A stretch of 64,000 nucleotides of DNA from positions 1,240,001-1,304,000 of the forward strand of contig MU008167.1 of NCBI GenBank assembly GCA_010909165.1, written 5' to 3'. The notes under the pieces were generated by a model, which was given only the letters and a program-made list of their open reading frames with translations, was not told where the DNA came from and did not search any database. Position numbers and translations under genes: made by a program. This document shows, piece by piece, positions 36,403-48,329 of this stretch; the stretch's first letter is position 1; each line of letters begins with the position of its first letter. Origin of the DNA: Anthoceros angustus. Lineage: Eukaryota > Plantae > Anthocerotophyta.

Positions 36403-39400
36403 ATGGTCATGGACGGGGTGGCCTCCGTGTCCAGCTCCAGCTCCATCAGAACTCGGTTTGTGAGGAGAGGGGAGTCCTTGGTGGAGGAGGATGCTGCTCA
36501 GGGTGATGGAGATGGGAGCAAGGGAGTATCGGTCAGAGAGGGGTCGTACTTGATGGGCACTTTTGTGTACCTCATGTGTAAGTTGGGAGTCCGGAAGCAG
36601 CGGATCCTGAGTTGGTTGGCTTTTGGTTGGACTGGATGAGGGGCTTGCCCCGGTTTCGATGTTGAAGCCGTGTTTGTGGTCTGGGTGCCAGTGTCTCAGG
36701 TGGTGGCCAGAGGGCTCACATTCGTGCTTAATCTGTTGGTGGCGAGGAGGCTTTCGCATGAACTGTATGCGGTGGGTGAGATTTGTGTTTGGGATTTTTG
36801 AGGCTATAGGTAGTGGTTTGTTGTGAAGTAAAGTTTCTCTTGGTCTCTGGGTTCTGAGTACGGGTCCATGATGGATAGGCTGATGTTCTGGATTTGTGGG
36901 TTTCCCAGTTGTTTGCAGTGCAGTTCCATCTTTTGACGACTACCATTCTGTTCCTCAGCCGTGAAGGGTTCCGAAGGGGTTGCCTTCGGAGCAATATCAG
37001 GTGCGGGGTGTGGTAGTTTCGCAGGAGAGTTCGTGTAAGAGGGGAATGTTTCTTGATGCATCTGTTCCAGCGGTGTATCTCAGATGACGAATCTTTGGTT
37101 TCAGGCCTGGAACAGAAAGCAGTTACAAGGTTCTGAGGGTCGCATGGATGACTGTGCCAATATGTCTTCTCGTGACGGTCCTAGTTACTGGGTTGACAAT
37201 ATGGTACAGTGAGCGCCAACTGTCAGACAGCTACGTTCGTGCTGTTCTGTTACATGGTAATGAAAGCCAAGGCCTTATTTCTCTAGCCATATTCTCTGGT
37301 GTACATGTCAAGTGAGCCCACAGTCTGAATCATCTGGCAAGCTTGAGCATGTTGCACTTCGATCTCCAACTTCTCTCATCTGATTTTGCAGCTGCAGCAG
37401 CGGTTTTAGAGATTCTGAGTGAGCCTCTTTACATAGTTGCTCAAAATGCTGGTCTTCTGAAGTTGCGCGTGCTTGCGGAAGGGCTTGCTACTTTTCTCCG
37501 CTGTTCTGTCACATACATTCTAGTTGTTTGTGGAGTCGGACAGGTAGTCTGACTTGCCTTTGCTGGGGAGGTACTCCGTTCAAGCTCATATCTGTCAGGT
37601 ATTTAGTCAGTGTTCCATTGGCTTTATCATAGACAATTAAGACTTGGTGATTGCAGGACGGAGGACTAGTCTTTGGCTATGCCCAAGTTGCGTATGCCTG
37701 CTGCTTGTTGTTGATTTACTGGGGCTACTTCATCATGAAAGTCTACTTTGCAAGTGGGGACCAGAGTTGGGAAGGGTTGTCACTTGTACCCATCAGGTCT
37801 GGTTTTCACGTCTCATGTTGGATGCTTCTGGAATTGCTCTCCTGTTGTAAGCCTCTTGAACATTTCAAAACTTTCTGATATTGCTTGACTCTGTCGAGAC
37901 TGCAGGAAAAAAGACTCTAAGCTGGATATCCCTTTGCTTGCTCTATGCGCAACATTCTCTTTCCAGTCACTTTGGAAACTGGGACTGCAGGAAGGAGAGA
38001 AGTTTTTTCTAGTTATGTTTGACACACCATACAACCAAGGAGTTTATGGCCTCGTTGACAAATTAGGCAGGTAACTCTCGGATCTTTTCTCTTTTGGTAT
38101 CATGGGCACACGTTTGGCAGCCTCAAGCCCGCTCTTCACACATGCAGGTAGTTTGGTTGTGCGTTCGCTGCTTCAGCCATTTGAAGAAAGCATCTTCATT
38201 GTGTTTGCAAAGGCTGCTACAGGAGATGGTGAGGGGACTGCAACTTAACCATTGCTTACCAACAATGATCTTGGACATCGCATATTCATAGAGCCTCGGG
38301 CATCCTTTCAGTTACGGAGCTAGCATATAAGAAACATGACATAGAGCGCATCTTCCTCCTTTCTCTCAAGCTGGTGAACATGCTGGGTGAGATTAGACTT
38401 GGAGCTGTTCATTGCGTCATTCTTTGAGGCAGAATCACCTTCATGGTATTGGTCTGACGTCTCTGTTGCAATGCAGGATTGGTAGTCGTAACATTCGGCC
38501 CACATTATTCGTATGTTCTGATCAGGTTGTTCTACGGCAGGGAATGGAGTGATGGTGAAGCACCAGCAGCACTGGGAGCTTACTGTGTGTACGTCATGGC
38601 TCTTGCACTGAACGGTATGCTCTGAATCCCAGTACCCACATGCATGTGTGAGTTGAAGTTATAATCATGCGACCAATTTGTTCTTCACAGGCACAACGGA
38701 GGCGTTCTTACACGCAGTTGTGACCAAGAGCCAACTGGCCTGGTCAAATGCATGGCTGGTGATCTGTTCATTGACTCTCGTGGTCCTGAGTGTGGTTCTC
38801 ATAAAAGTGGCTGGATCTACAGGCCTCATCGTAGCCAGTTCCATCAGTATCCAGCTTATGCTCTTGCCTTTCTGAAGAGAAGTTTAGATTGATGCACGAT
38901 TCGAGCGATTATCGTTTCTTGACTTGTTCTTTCAGACATGTGCATGAGAATTTGCTATTCGCTTCTGTTCATCAACAAGTTTTTCAAGGCAAGTGATCTT
39001 TGCAAAGTAGATGTACATGAGCAGCTGAATTGACCCATGGTTTCATTGACATCTTCTGTTGTTCTTCCAGGATTCAACAACATTCCGGATATGGAAAGCG
39101 TTACCAAATCCTCGAGTACTACTGGTGCTTTTTCTGTCGGCATTGCTGACATATATGTCGGAGGACAGGCTGCTGGAGAGGGACCGTTTTGCTGTATCAG
39201 CATCGTATCACATTGCAGTCGGCTGTCTGTGTCTCACATTTTTGGGAGCATCCATGTATCCTGACCTTCACATCCTTACTGCCAGTGTGTCAGTGACCGC
39301 TAACCTGGTTTCTATGCCTGTCTTGTTGATCGGAAAGTGCCATGTATCGGCTCCTTGACAAGTTTGCTTTCCGCAGATACCGATATGAGAGAACTTACAT

Positions 39401-39440
39401 CCAGGCTTTGACGAGTTTAAGATGGTTTAAACGGGAGTAG
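36403..39440 (+). CDS. RFT1: RFT1 homolog (lipid-linked oligosaccharide translocation protein), multi-exon, apparently intact
   Basis: Spliced segments YLM|[66 protein letters not shown]|[35 protein letters not shown]; ends [20 protein letters not shown] (TAG 39438-39440). Start ATG 36403 or 36409. Confidence 0.92.
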
Positions 39441-39679
39441 GTTGCCGGCAAATTTCCCTATCCGTTTTCGAGTTCCATACTTGTCATGTACAACCTTCCG
39501 GCTTTTAGAATGAGATGCATTTCAAGCCGTCTTCTGTCTTTTTGGATAATGTGTATCGCAGCCTCTTCAATGAGATGCATTTGAAAGATATATTGAAGCC
39601 TTGTTCCAGCTTTTCAATGAGATGCATTGAAGGTTACTGTTATGTACACTTGGCATTGACTGGAGCAACAAGACAAACC

Positions 39680-42600
39680 TTTGTCAGGCAAAAATCGATC
39701 GCAGATGTACCGGTCCGCTAGCATCGCAACTTCCACAAGTGCACTGTCAGATATCCTTGCATCATGATGCGAAGAGAAATATTGCGATCCATCAACCAGC
39801 TGGGCAACAGAGAGCAAACCGATCAGCATGCACGTTACATCTATCAAGGAGCAGCAGAAACCCGAAAAACACAGATCGACATCTTATCCCCATGAGTATT
39901 ACCTGAAATGCACGTTACATCCTATCAAGGAGCAGCAGCAACCCAAAAGACACAGATCGACATCTTGTCCCCAGAGTATTTCCTTAAGTCGGACGATTCT
40001 GCTGATCTGCTCCCGACTCAGGCTGGAACACGATGTACTCATCCACACGGTTCATGAACCCAGGGGGAAATGTTCGCCTAGCAGCATTCAAAACCTGGCT
40101 CTTCATGGATTCGTAACTCTGATCTGCTGGGTCCCCTTCATTGCTGATAACATACTCTTATCCAACATTGGAGGTCATTGTGATCTCGGTGTTGGAGAAG
40201 CTCACAGTCCTGCCGGGACTGAGAATCTGTGACTCTACCGTCGTCCAAAATTTGAAGAAATGTTGAAGACATCCGAGTGTGCCTTTTTGATTTCGTCACA
40301 CAACAGAACAGCGTAAGGTCTCCTCCGGACCGACTCCATTAATTGCCCACCTTCTTCATCGCCCACATAACCAGGTGGAGCACCAGTCAACCTGGAAACT
40401 GCATGCCTTTCCATGTGTTCACTCATGTCTATTCTCACCATTGCTTTCTCAGTGTTTAACAGATAAGGGGCAAGCCTCTTGACCAACTCAGTTCAAACAA
40501 CCCCAGTGAGTCCCATGAACATAAAACTGGCAATCCGTCGGTTTGGGTCAGACAGCCCCGCCCGTGATCTTTGAATCGCCTCAGCCACAGCAATGACCCC
40601 AGGATCTTGACCTGCCACCCTTGTGTGCAACTCCTCAAGATGCAACAGCTTCTCCCTCTCTGATTGTTGAAGTTTTGACACAGGGAGCCTGTCCACTTAC
40701 TTACAATCTCAGCAATACCATTTCCTGTGACTTCCTCACGTAACATGGATTTCCCTGTGTTTTGATAATCATCCAAAGCCTTCTCCGCAGCCTCCAGCTG
40801 TCGTTGAAGAGACATTAAGCTGCCATACTTCAGTTCAGGGGCTCGGTTGAAATCCTAAGTCACGTTCTGCTTGTTGGATCTCCATATTGACTTTGTCAAC
40901 CTGTATTCTCATGTCACAGAATGTAACAACTAGTTAGCGCACACACTCCCTTCCAAATGGACAGGGGATTCACAAACACTAGAGCCAAAGGTTTACCTCT
41001 TCTTTTATGGACTGAATGCGTGTCATCACTGACTTCCCATATTCCCACTGGTCCGTTCGCTCTTTCAGCCTCTGTTTAAGAGACTCCAACTCGGTTACAA
41101 GTCGAGTGAGCTGGTCCTTTTGAGGCTTTATCTGCATCATTCCCCAGGGAAAGCCATTCCATCTCTAACTTCAACACAGCCCGATCAATTTCGTTCAGGG
41201 CTGCTGGCTTAAAAATGATCTCCATCTTCAGTTTTACAGCTGCTTCATCTACCAGGTCGATTGCTGCCACCATGAAGACATCAAGTTAGAACACACACAG
41301 GTCATTTAGACTTGTCATGCGAAAATTGATCACTGATGTAGCGGTCTGCTAGCATCACAGCTTCCACAAGTGCACTGTCAGATGTCCTTACACCATGATG
41401 CAGTTCATATCATTCACGTAACCCTTCAAGTATTGAGATTGTATCCTCAACAGACGGTTGATCTACTTATACTTGCTGAACCTCTGCTCCAGTGCAGGAT
41501 CTTTCTTTATGTACTTGCAATACTCATCCAAAGTAGTGGCACCAATGCATTAGAGCTCCCCTCGTCCAAGCATTGGTTTCAACAAGTTCCCTGCATCCAT
41601 GGCGCCATTGGTTGATTACCTGAGCCCACAACAGTGCGAATCTCATCAATAAACAATCTGATCTGCCCGTCTGAATCTGTGACTCTTAGAGAAGAGCTTT
41701 AAGCCAGTCTTCAAATTCTCCCCGAAATTTAGCCCCAGCAATTAAAGCACCCATGTCGAGGGAGATCAGCTGACAAGAAGAACCTCAAAATCAACAAATT
41801 GTGTGAACCGTGGATCTGGCGAGCTTGTGGAAACTAATTGTCTCTAAGAAGGTACCTTTCTGTTCATCAGACCCTGTGGGACATCTCCTTGTCCAATCCT
41901 GTGAGCTAACCTGTAGAGGCCAGCAGCAAGAACTGCGCCAATCAGCAACCAACCTCACATCAACGGGCTCCCCTGAAGATTGCATAGACTCGTACCCTCA
42001 ACCTACCCTTCTGATATGGCTGTTTTCCCAAATCCAGGTTCTCCAATCAGAACGGGATTGTTCTTTGTTCTTCTGGCAAGAATCTGACTAGACCTCCAGA
42101 TTTCCTCATCTCGGCCAATAACAGGGTCCAGCTTGCCTTGCCTTGCCTTCTCCGTCAAGTTCTTCCCATACTTCTCAAAAGCCTCATATTTGCCTTCAGG
42201 GTCTGGTGATCACACATACGCAACCTCTGCCTCAGCTTAAAACACAACCACACTTCAGCCACCGCCAGCCACCTCAACCAAGGGCCATGCTACCAAACAT
42301 TTACCTTGGTCAACAACTTTCTGTGATCCACGAACAGCCTGGATTGCAGCATTCAAGGCCTTTGGTGACAATTGGAACTCTTTAACAGCTGCTGCCCATA
42401 CCGCTCATCTTGATTGAACCTGAGCACCAAGAGCTCAACAGACACAAAAGCGTCACCGAACTCTTTCTTGTGATTCCGAGCTCTGTCAATAAGACCCTCC
42501 AAGTCTCGTCCACGCATGGAACCACTCTTGTCACCCATCACCTACACTTGATAAGGGGTACAGGTCAGAGCCGGTCATGGTTAAATGACCTCGCACACAA

Positions 42601-42800
42601 ACGAGTACCTACTACCTTGAAATACATGACTTGAGACTACTCACCATAGGTTGCCTCTGAATGAAGCGGTCAGTAGCTTGGAGCAAGGACGTGTTGTCAA
42701 TGCGCCGTGCTTCGTTGCTCCAGCAGCGCCATCATCTAGTGCTCAGTTTCCACCATGTGCTACTTGTGTAGGTAGATGGATCCAAGCACATGCACATATC
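39680..42800 (-). pseudogene. ClpB/Hsp100 (ClpB3/4-like) pseudogene, truncated at both ends, with an extra duplicated internal fragment
   Basis: [126 protein letters not shown]. Many stops and frameshifts. Confidence 0.92.
39828..39973. repeat. 80-bp tandem duplication at the ClpB breakpoint
   Basis: atgcacgttacat...cagatcgacatctt at 39828 and 39908. Confidence 0.8.
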
Positions 42801-43065
42801 ACTACCCCGTCAACCCAAGGCCAGCCACACCCATATCTGTCCGTCTGTTCAACGGAATCAGGTAGCTCGGCAAGAAGGCCATCTCCAGCTCGGACTTAGG
42901 GTTGGACAGCCTGACCCAGGACAGTAAGTGCTCCTGCTGCCCCCGTGTCTACGTATTTGACCCCGAGGTGCCGTGTTTGGAATTTTTTTGAGTCACGCTA
43001 TAAATTCCCGCTTTGGGTGTGGAAGTTGTCAGAGGCGTACTGACGGGAGCTGCGGGTTCGTGGCG

Positions 43066-44915
43066 ATGGCGCTGGCGTCTCCGCTTCTGGACGAGCCCAT
43101 AACGGGGAGTTCTCCCCACCAGCAGAAACAGCAGCAGCAAGCATCTCTTGCTCCGCAGACATCCAAGGGAGCGGCAGCAGCGACGGAGGAGGGCAGGGAG
43201 GAGGAAGAGGCCAGCAGTCCACCCGGCACGGTGCTTTTTGTGGGCTTCAATCAGGACAATGGGTGCTTCGCTTGCGGCACGGACGCAGGCTTCCGGATCT
43301 TCAATTGCGATCCGTTCAAGGAGACGTTCTGGAGGGAGCACAACGGCGGGGTTGGGCTGGTGGAGATGCTCTTCAGGTGCAACATTCTGGCAGTGGTGGG
43401 TGGCGGAGCGTCTCCGCGCTTCCCACCCAACAAGGTGATGATCTGGGACGATCACCTGGGCCGGTGTATCGGGGAGCTGTCTTTCAGGTCGGAGGTGCGA
43501 GCTGTGAGGTTGAAGAGGGACCGGATCATTGTTGTGCTGGAGCACAAGATTTATGTGTATAATTTTGCCGACCTCAAGCTGCTGCAACAAATTGAGACCA
43601 CTTCAAACCCGAAAGGACTTTGTGCTGTCTCCCCTTCCGCCAATTCCTCCGTTCTGGTCTGTCCTGGGCTGAACAAGGGCCAGGTAATTGTGGAATTCGT
43701 GGATTTGGTTGCAGCTGCTGTTGTGGCGTGTGATGTGATGTCCTGTTCGGTCATTCTCAGCCTGCTCTCATCGGTGATGGTGCTGGTTGATGGGCAGGTT
43801 CGTGTTGAGCACTATGGTTTGAAGAAGACCAAGTTCATCTCGGCTCACGACTCCAGTATTGCATGTTTTGCTCTGACCATAGAAGGAAAAACCCTCGCAA
43901 CAGCAAGTACTAAGGGGACTCTCATCAGGATCTTCAACACTTTGGATGGGACCCAGCTGCAAGAGGTATGCTGCTTCCCTCCCTCCTTGGAGCCCAAGCT
44001 TTGGAGTCTGCTTTGATGTGTTGAGAATGGTCTGAGGTGTTGATATGCAGATTTCCATGGTCCCATGCTTTGCCTTAAGCTCACTTAATGTGTTATGACT
44101 TTGTTTGCATGTTTTGGTGTGACTTGCTGTTGTTGATGCTTTCAGTCATCACTGTTAGCTTCACCCTAACAGGCTTGTAATCTGAGCTGCTGAAGAGTGT
44201 ATATGCTAGTTTTGATATGCTGCGCGTCTTGTCATATACAGCTTCGTCGAGGTGCAGACAGGGCAGAGATTTTCAGTCTGTGCTTTTCATCAAACGCCCA
44301 GTGGTTGGCAGTTTCGAGTGACAAGGGGACAGTACATGTCTTCACATTAAAGCCACCAACTGCTGTTGAAGAGCAAAGAAATATTGAATCTCCGCCGCTA
44401 ACTACTGGAGGGAGTGTACAAGTCAGCTCTGGAAATGGAAACACCAGTGGCAGTCCAGTTGGGACATCAGGTGCCTTGTCACCTGGTGGTGCAAATCCGG
44501 GCTCATCATTTTCGTTCTTGAAAGGTATGCAGATTGCCTCTGAGTCTGTTTATTTGACCTTCTCCTCTTGTCCTCTCAAGCTTGTGCTTGTCATGTTTCT
44601 TCCAGGTGTTCTACCGAAGTATTTCAGCTCCGAGTGGTCGTTTGCTCAGTTCCGTCTCCCTGAGGAGACTCGAGCTATTGTGGCTTTTGGGCCACAAAAG
44701 AACACACTGGTGGTTGTGGGCACTGATGGGAGGTCGGGTCTCTCTCCTTGCATGTTTTGCTTTTGCGTCCCCTTCTTCTGATACCAAGAGCCTGACGCTC
44801 TCTTCGTTTGTTCATCAGCTTCTACAAGTGTGCCTTTGATCCTGTCCATGGTGGGCCAGTGACCCAGCTGGAGTACAGAAGATTCTTGAAACCGGAGGAG
44901 GAGGTGGCTGCTTAG
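43066..44915 (+). CDS. ATG18: Autophagy-related protein 18 (ATG18a-like PROPPIN WD40 protein), multi-exon
   Basis: [72 protein letters not shown]|[44 protein letters not shown]; TAG 44913-44915. Confidence 0.96.
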
Positions 44916-45229
44916 GTCTTGGGAAGAATACATCATTCAGATTGTGCATTCAAGTGTGCCCTACATGTGCATATGATTGGAAGTGGTGGTGAAATAACCA
45001 TGACAGGTAACTGCGCTGACGTGCTGCTGTGAAAGACGCGCTCTGGCTTTGAAGTTGTACATATGGTTCTCTGTAAATTGCAGTGGAGATGGCAGTCCTA
45101 GACTGGCATGGTTTCCACGTACGCCGCTAATTCGTAAGGGCCGGAAGAGCCTTATTCGCCACCTATTAAGTTGGCCAGAAAATGATCTCTGCAGAATTCT
45201 CATGGAGATCAATTTTGGAACCGGGCTAA

Positions 45230-45460
45230 CTTGACAAAGTCGTCCCTACACTACCAATTCTAAGCAGCGTTCCAACGGGCAGGGCAGCACAGCGTGAAAA
45301 CGATGACTGCTTCAGCTCCAGGTGAGGGGCTGAGAAGCGGATTCTGGGTCTCCACTCAGATCTTCGAACTCGTGGCAGGTCAGGTTGCAAACATGACAGC
45401 CATGTCTTGCTCTCTTGCCCAGTTGCATTTATACAGATGTGTACAAGCAGTGGATCTGCT
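45230..45460 (+). pseudogene. Short PPR-cluster-derived fragment
   Basis: Shares ...aacttgacaaagtcgtccctacactaccaattctaagcagc and acagccatgtcttgctctcttgcccagttgc with the 34-36 kb and 50-57 kb PPR relics. Confidence 0.6.
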
Positions 45461-45599
45461 GTCGGAGTCCTCAAAACGATGCTTGTGAAAACGGATGCAA
45501 TCGATTCCGGCATGGGGGAAACCCAGTTCTCGTTGTGTCCAAACCTAGAGATATCGGACACGCTGGATGTTTGGAAGACAACTGTTGTGGGGTAGCCTT

Positions 45600-47960
45600 G
45601 CTTGGCTTTTGGGATACTTCATATCCCCAGAAAAACCAAAAAACTATGCAGCAATTCTGACCTGGCTGCTTCCACGCCATCGTCCGCCTGCGTCTCCTCT
45701 GCCTGTTCCCACATTCGGGCAAGCCGTTGACCCGAGAATTGGTATCAGCACAGCTGATGGGTCTGGCCAGATGGCTCCTTTGTTTTCTTTAGCACAAGAA
45801 GCAGGATTATTTGTTAGACCATTTGCTGCTTTTTCTCCATGAAGTTGTCAAGGGGACGAGGATCGATTGGGGACGAATTCTTTTTGACAAGCTGTGTGAG
45901 GAGTGGTTGAATATGATCTCCTCTTCCCCTCGTCCCTCTCTAATTACGCCAATCCTGGTTCACCTATATGCGCACTCTAACTATCTGCCGGAGGTAGAAA
46001 TTGTGGCCTCTCTCCACATGTAGAAGCCAGTTAGGGAGGTGAAGTGGAAAGCGGAAGAGTCCAAGGAGGAGATAGAGGAAGGATCTGACAACTGGGAGTC
46101 CGTGGCGACGGGTAGTTCAGAAGAGGAAAAGGAGGTTGCCACAAGCAAGAAGAGAAAGGCCGGGGGAGGCAGGCGGGCCTCAACAAAGAAGGGGAGGGTG
46201 GACGGCGCCACCGTGTCGGCGCAGGCGCGCAGCAGCGAAGAAAATGAAGGCCAAACGGCAGATGGATTTGGCGGAGGAAGAGGCGCGGTCCGAGGAAGAC
46301 AATTTTACGATCAGATGATGATGAACCGACCGGAAGGATTAGGGTTGACCCGAGTGCACTCCTCCTCGTGATGGGAAGAGATTTTCAAGGAACTCCATTG
46401 GCGGCTGCAGGTCGACGAGCGTAATTGGTTAGGGTGCGCACCCTACTGGGAAGGAAGGTGTTGGATAGGGGGATGGCGTCTGGCGCGAGGCCTCCTCAAC
46501 AAGTAGATTTGCAGGAACTAACCACATCTATGATCCGGGCCCAGTCGGATTTGCTGGACCAAGCTACGCTGGCCCTCACATGGCTCAGTATGCAAGGGCG
46601 GCAAGAGGAAGTGGTGAAGGCCCGATTCAATGAGGAGGAGGCTAAGCGGAAACAGCTGGAGGAAGATAAGCGGGCCCTGGAGGAGATGAGGGTCAAGATT
46701 CAGGAGGATTTGCGCAGGGCCCAAGAGGAGTTGCAGTCCATGACGAGTCAGCAAGAAGCGCTCATGGCCCAGATCAAGGATGCCCATGAGGCAAATCAAG
46801 AAATGCAGGGGGAATTGTTGCGAGTCCAAGAGCAAGAGGCAGCCTCTGTGGAGAAGGCCCATAAGTTGGCGGACCGGTACAAGCGGGAGCGGGACGAGGC
46901 GCGTGGCCGAGCCAGGAAGGAGAAGGGAAAAGGGAAGCGGAGTAGCAAGTCCATGACTGGGGTAGTGGAAGGAATTACCGGCGGAGAAGAAGGAGCAACC
47001 GTGGTAGCCGAAACACCTACCAGAGTTGCTGAACAGGCGACGGTCGTGGAGTCCGCCACCACGGTAGGGGGAATTGCTACCGACCTTGGAAAACCCAACT
47101 CTGAAGCGGCCATGAGCGGCGCAACAGGAGGCGACGTGGCATCTCGCGAAGGCATGGATCAGGCGGCCAGGGGTAGTCCACGGTAGGAGGGGTAAGCACC
47201 TCAGCTACAGCAGGAGGTCCTATTATGTTGAGGCATATGGATGAGGAAACTTATGTTCCTGGTCTATATGTGAATGGGGAACGCGTGCTTAACTTCACTG
47301 TCCATGTGCGTGTGGGAATAGGAGGGACCAGGGCTTACCTTATGCAAGTGAGGACCCGAAGTGGATACTTCTTCCACTGTGCCCGAGTGTGGGGATTGGC
47401 CCCTATTATGCGGAGGCGATTTTGGAGGAGCTAACGGAGGAAGAAGTCCAGGCGTGGGTGGATGAAGAGCCCGTAATAGTCCTCAGCAATAGACGGCCAA
47501 AATGAGAAAAGCGCAAGCCCATGCTTGCGTCATGTCAGTGCGACACCCGGGGCGTGCATGGAGAGGAGGAAGCTCGGGGGAAGGCATACCCCCGATTAGG
47601 TGCAAGAGGACGTCCAGCAGTGGCAGTGAGGTGGAGGTCCTGTGGGAGGACTTGTCAGATCAGCGGCGAGGAAGGAGGGCTCGTGGAGGCGGCAGTGGAG
47701 GACGAAGGGCCAGGCGGCCAAGTCGGGGAAGGGCCAGGCGGCCAAGTCGGGGAAGGGCGCGCAGATAGCGTAGGCAAATAGGTGATAGCATCCTAGGAAT
47801 GGAATTTGGATAGGGTGCCACACTGGACCTGAGATCGCTCGGAATTGTAGGCGCGTCTCTTCACGATAGCTGTTTTTAGGACCTTGAAAATATGGGGCTA
47901 TGGCGCCTGACCGATGTACAAAAGGGGCGAATTGTGCCCCTCACAGCAGATAATTCCTGG
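45600..47960 (+). mobile_element. Gypsy (Tat/Athila-like) retroelement 3' accessory region with a decayed coiled-coil ORF, putative PPT and start of a truncated 3' LTR
   Basis: Fragments RIDWGRILFDKLCEEW...LITPILVHLY and a 253-codon charged coiled-coil ORF (46425-47186); purine tract acaaaaggggcgaat followed by TGT at 47933. No RT or integrase seen. Confidence 0.4.
47705..47758. repeat. 24-bp tandem repeat (gaagggccaggcggccaagtcggg) x2 plus a partial unit
   Basis: Directly read. Confidence 0.8.
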
Positions 47961-48329
47961 TTGAGATCCCCACGCTGCCTGCGACTGGTTGGAGACGTTT
48001 AATTAACGGAGGCGGGGTGTGCGAGACGCTCCTAGGGGTGATCGAGAGCTTGCTCCGTAATTGGAGGGAGGAAGGGCGATAGAGCATTCCTGCTAACAAA
48101 GGAGGAGGAAACCGAGGGATTGGCATGCACAACATCCATTTTCTTGACCAAGTCCATCAAACACTCTTTTGAGCATCTCCCAAGCTGCCATACTAGTCTT
48201 TGCATACATGTCCTCCATCAAGCCATTGCAGGCAAACAAATCAGGGCTTATCGTTCCAGCTGGCCTAAAACATGTTCATGCACCCGCTCCTTCCGAGCTT
48301 TCAACTGTCCTCTCCTCCCACAAGGCTGA

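Noticed and set aside
36033-37061. Minus-strand ORFs first suspected to be a gag-like gene
   Set aside because: They are the antisense of RFT1 exons 1-3 and its upstream region.
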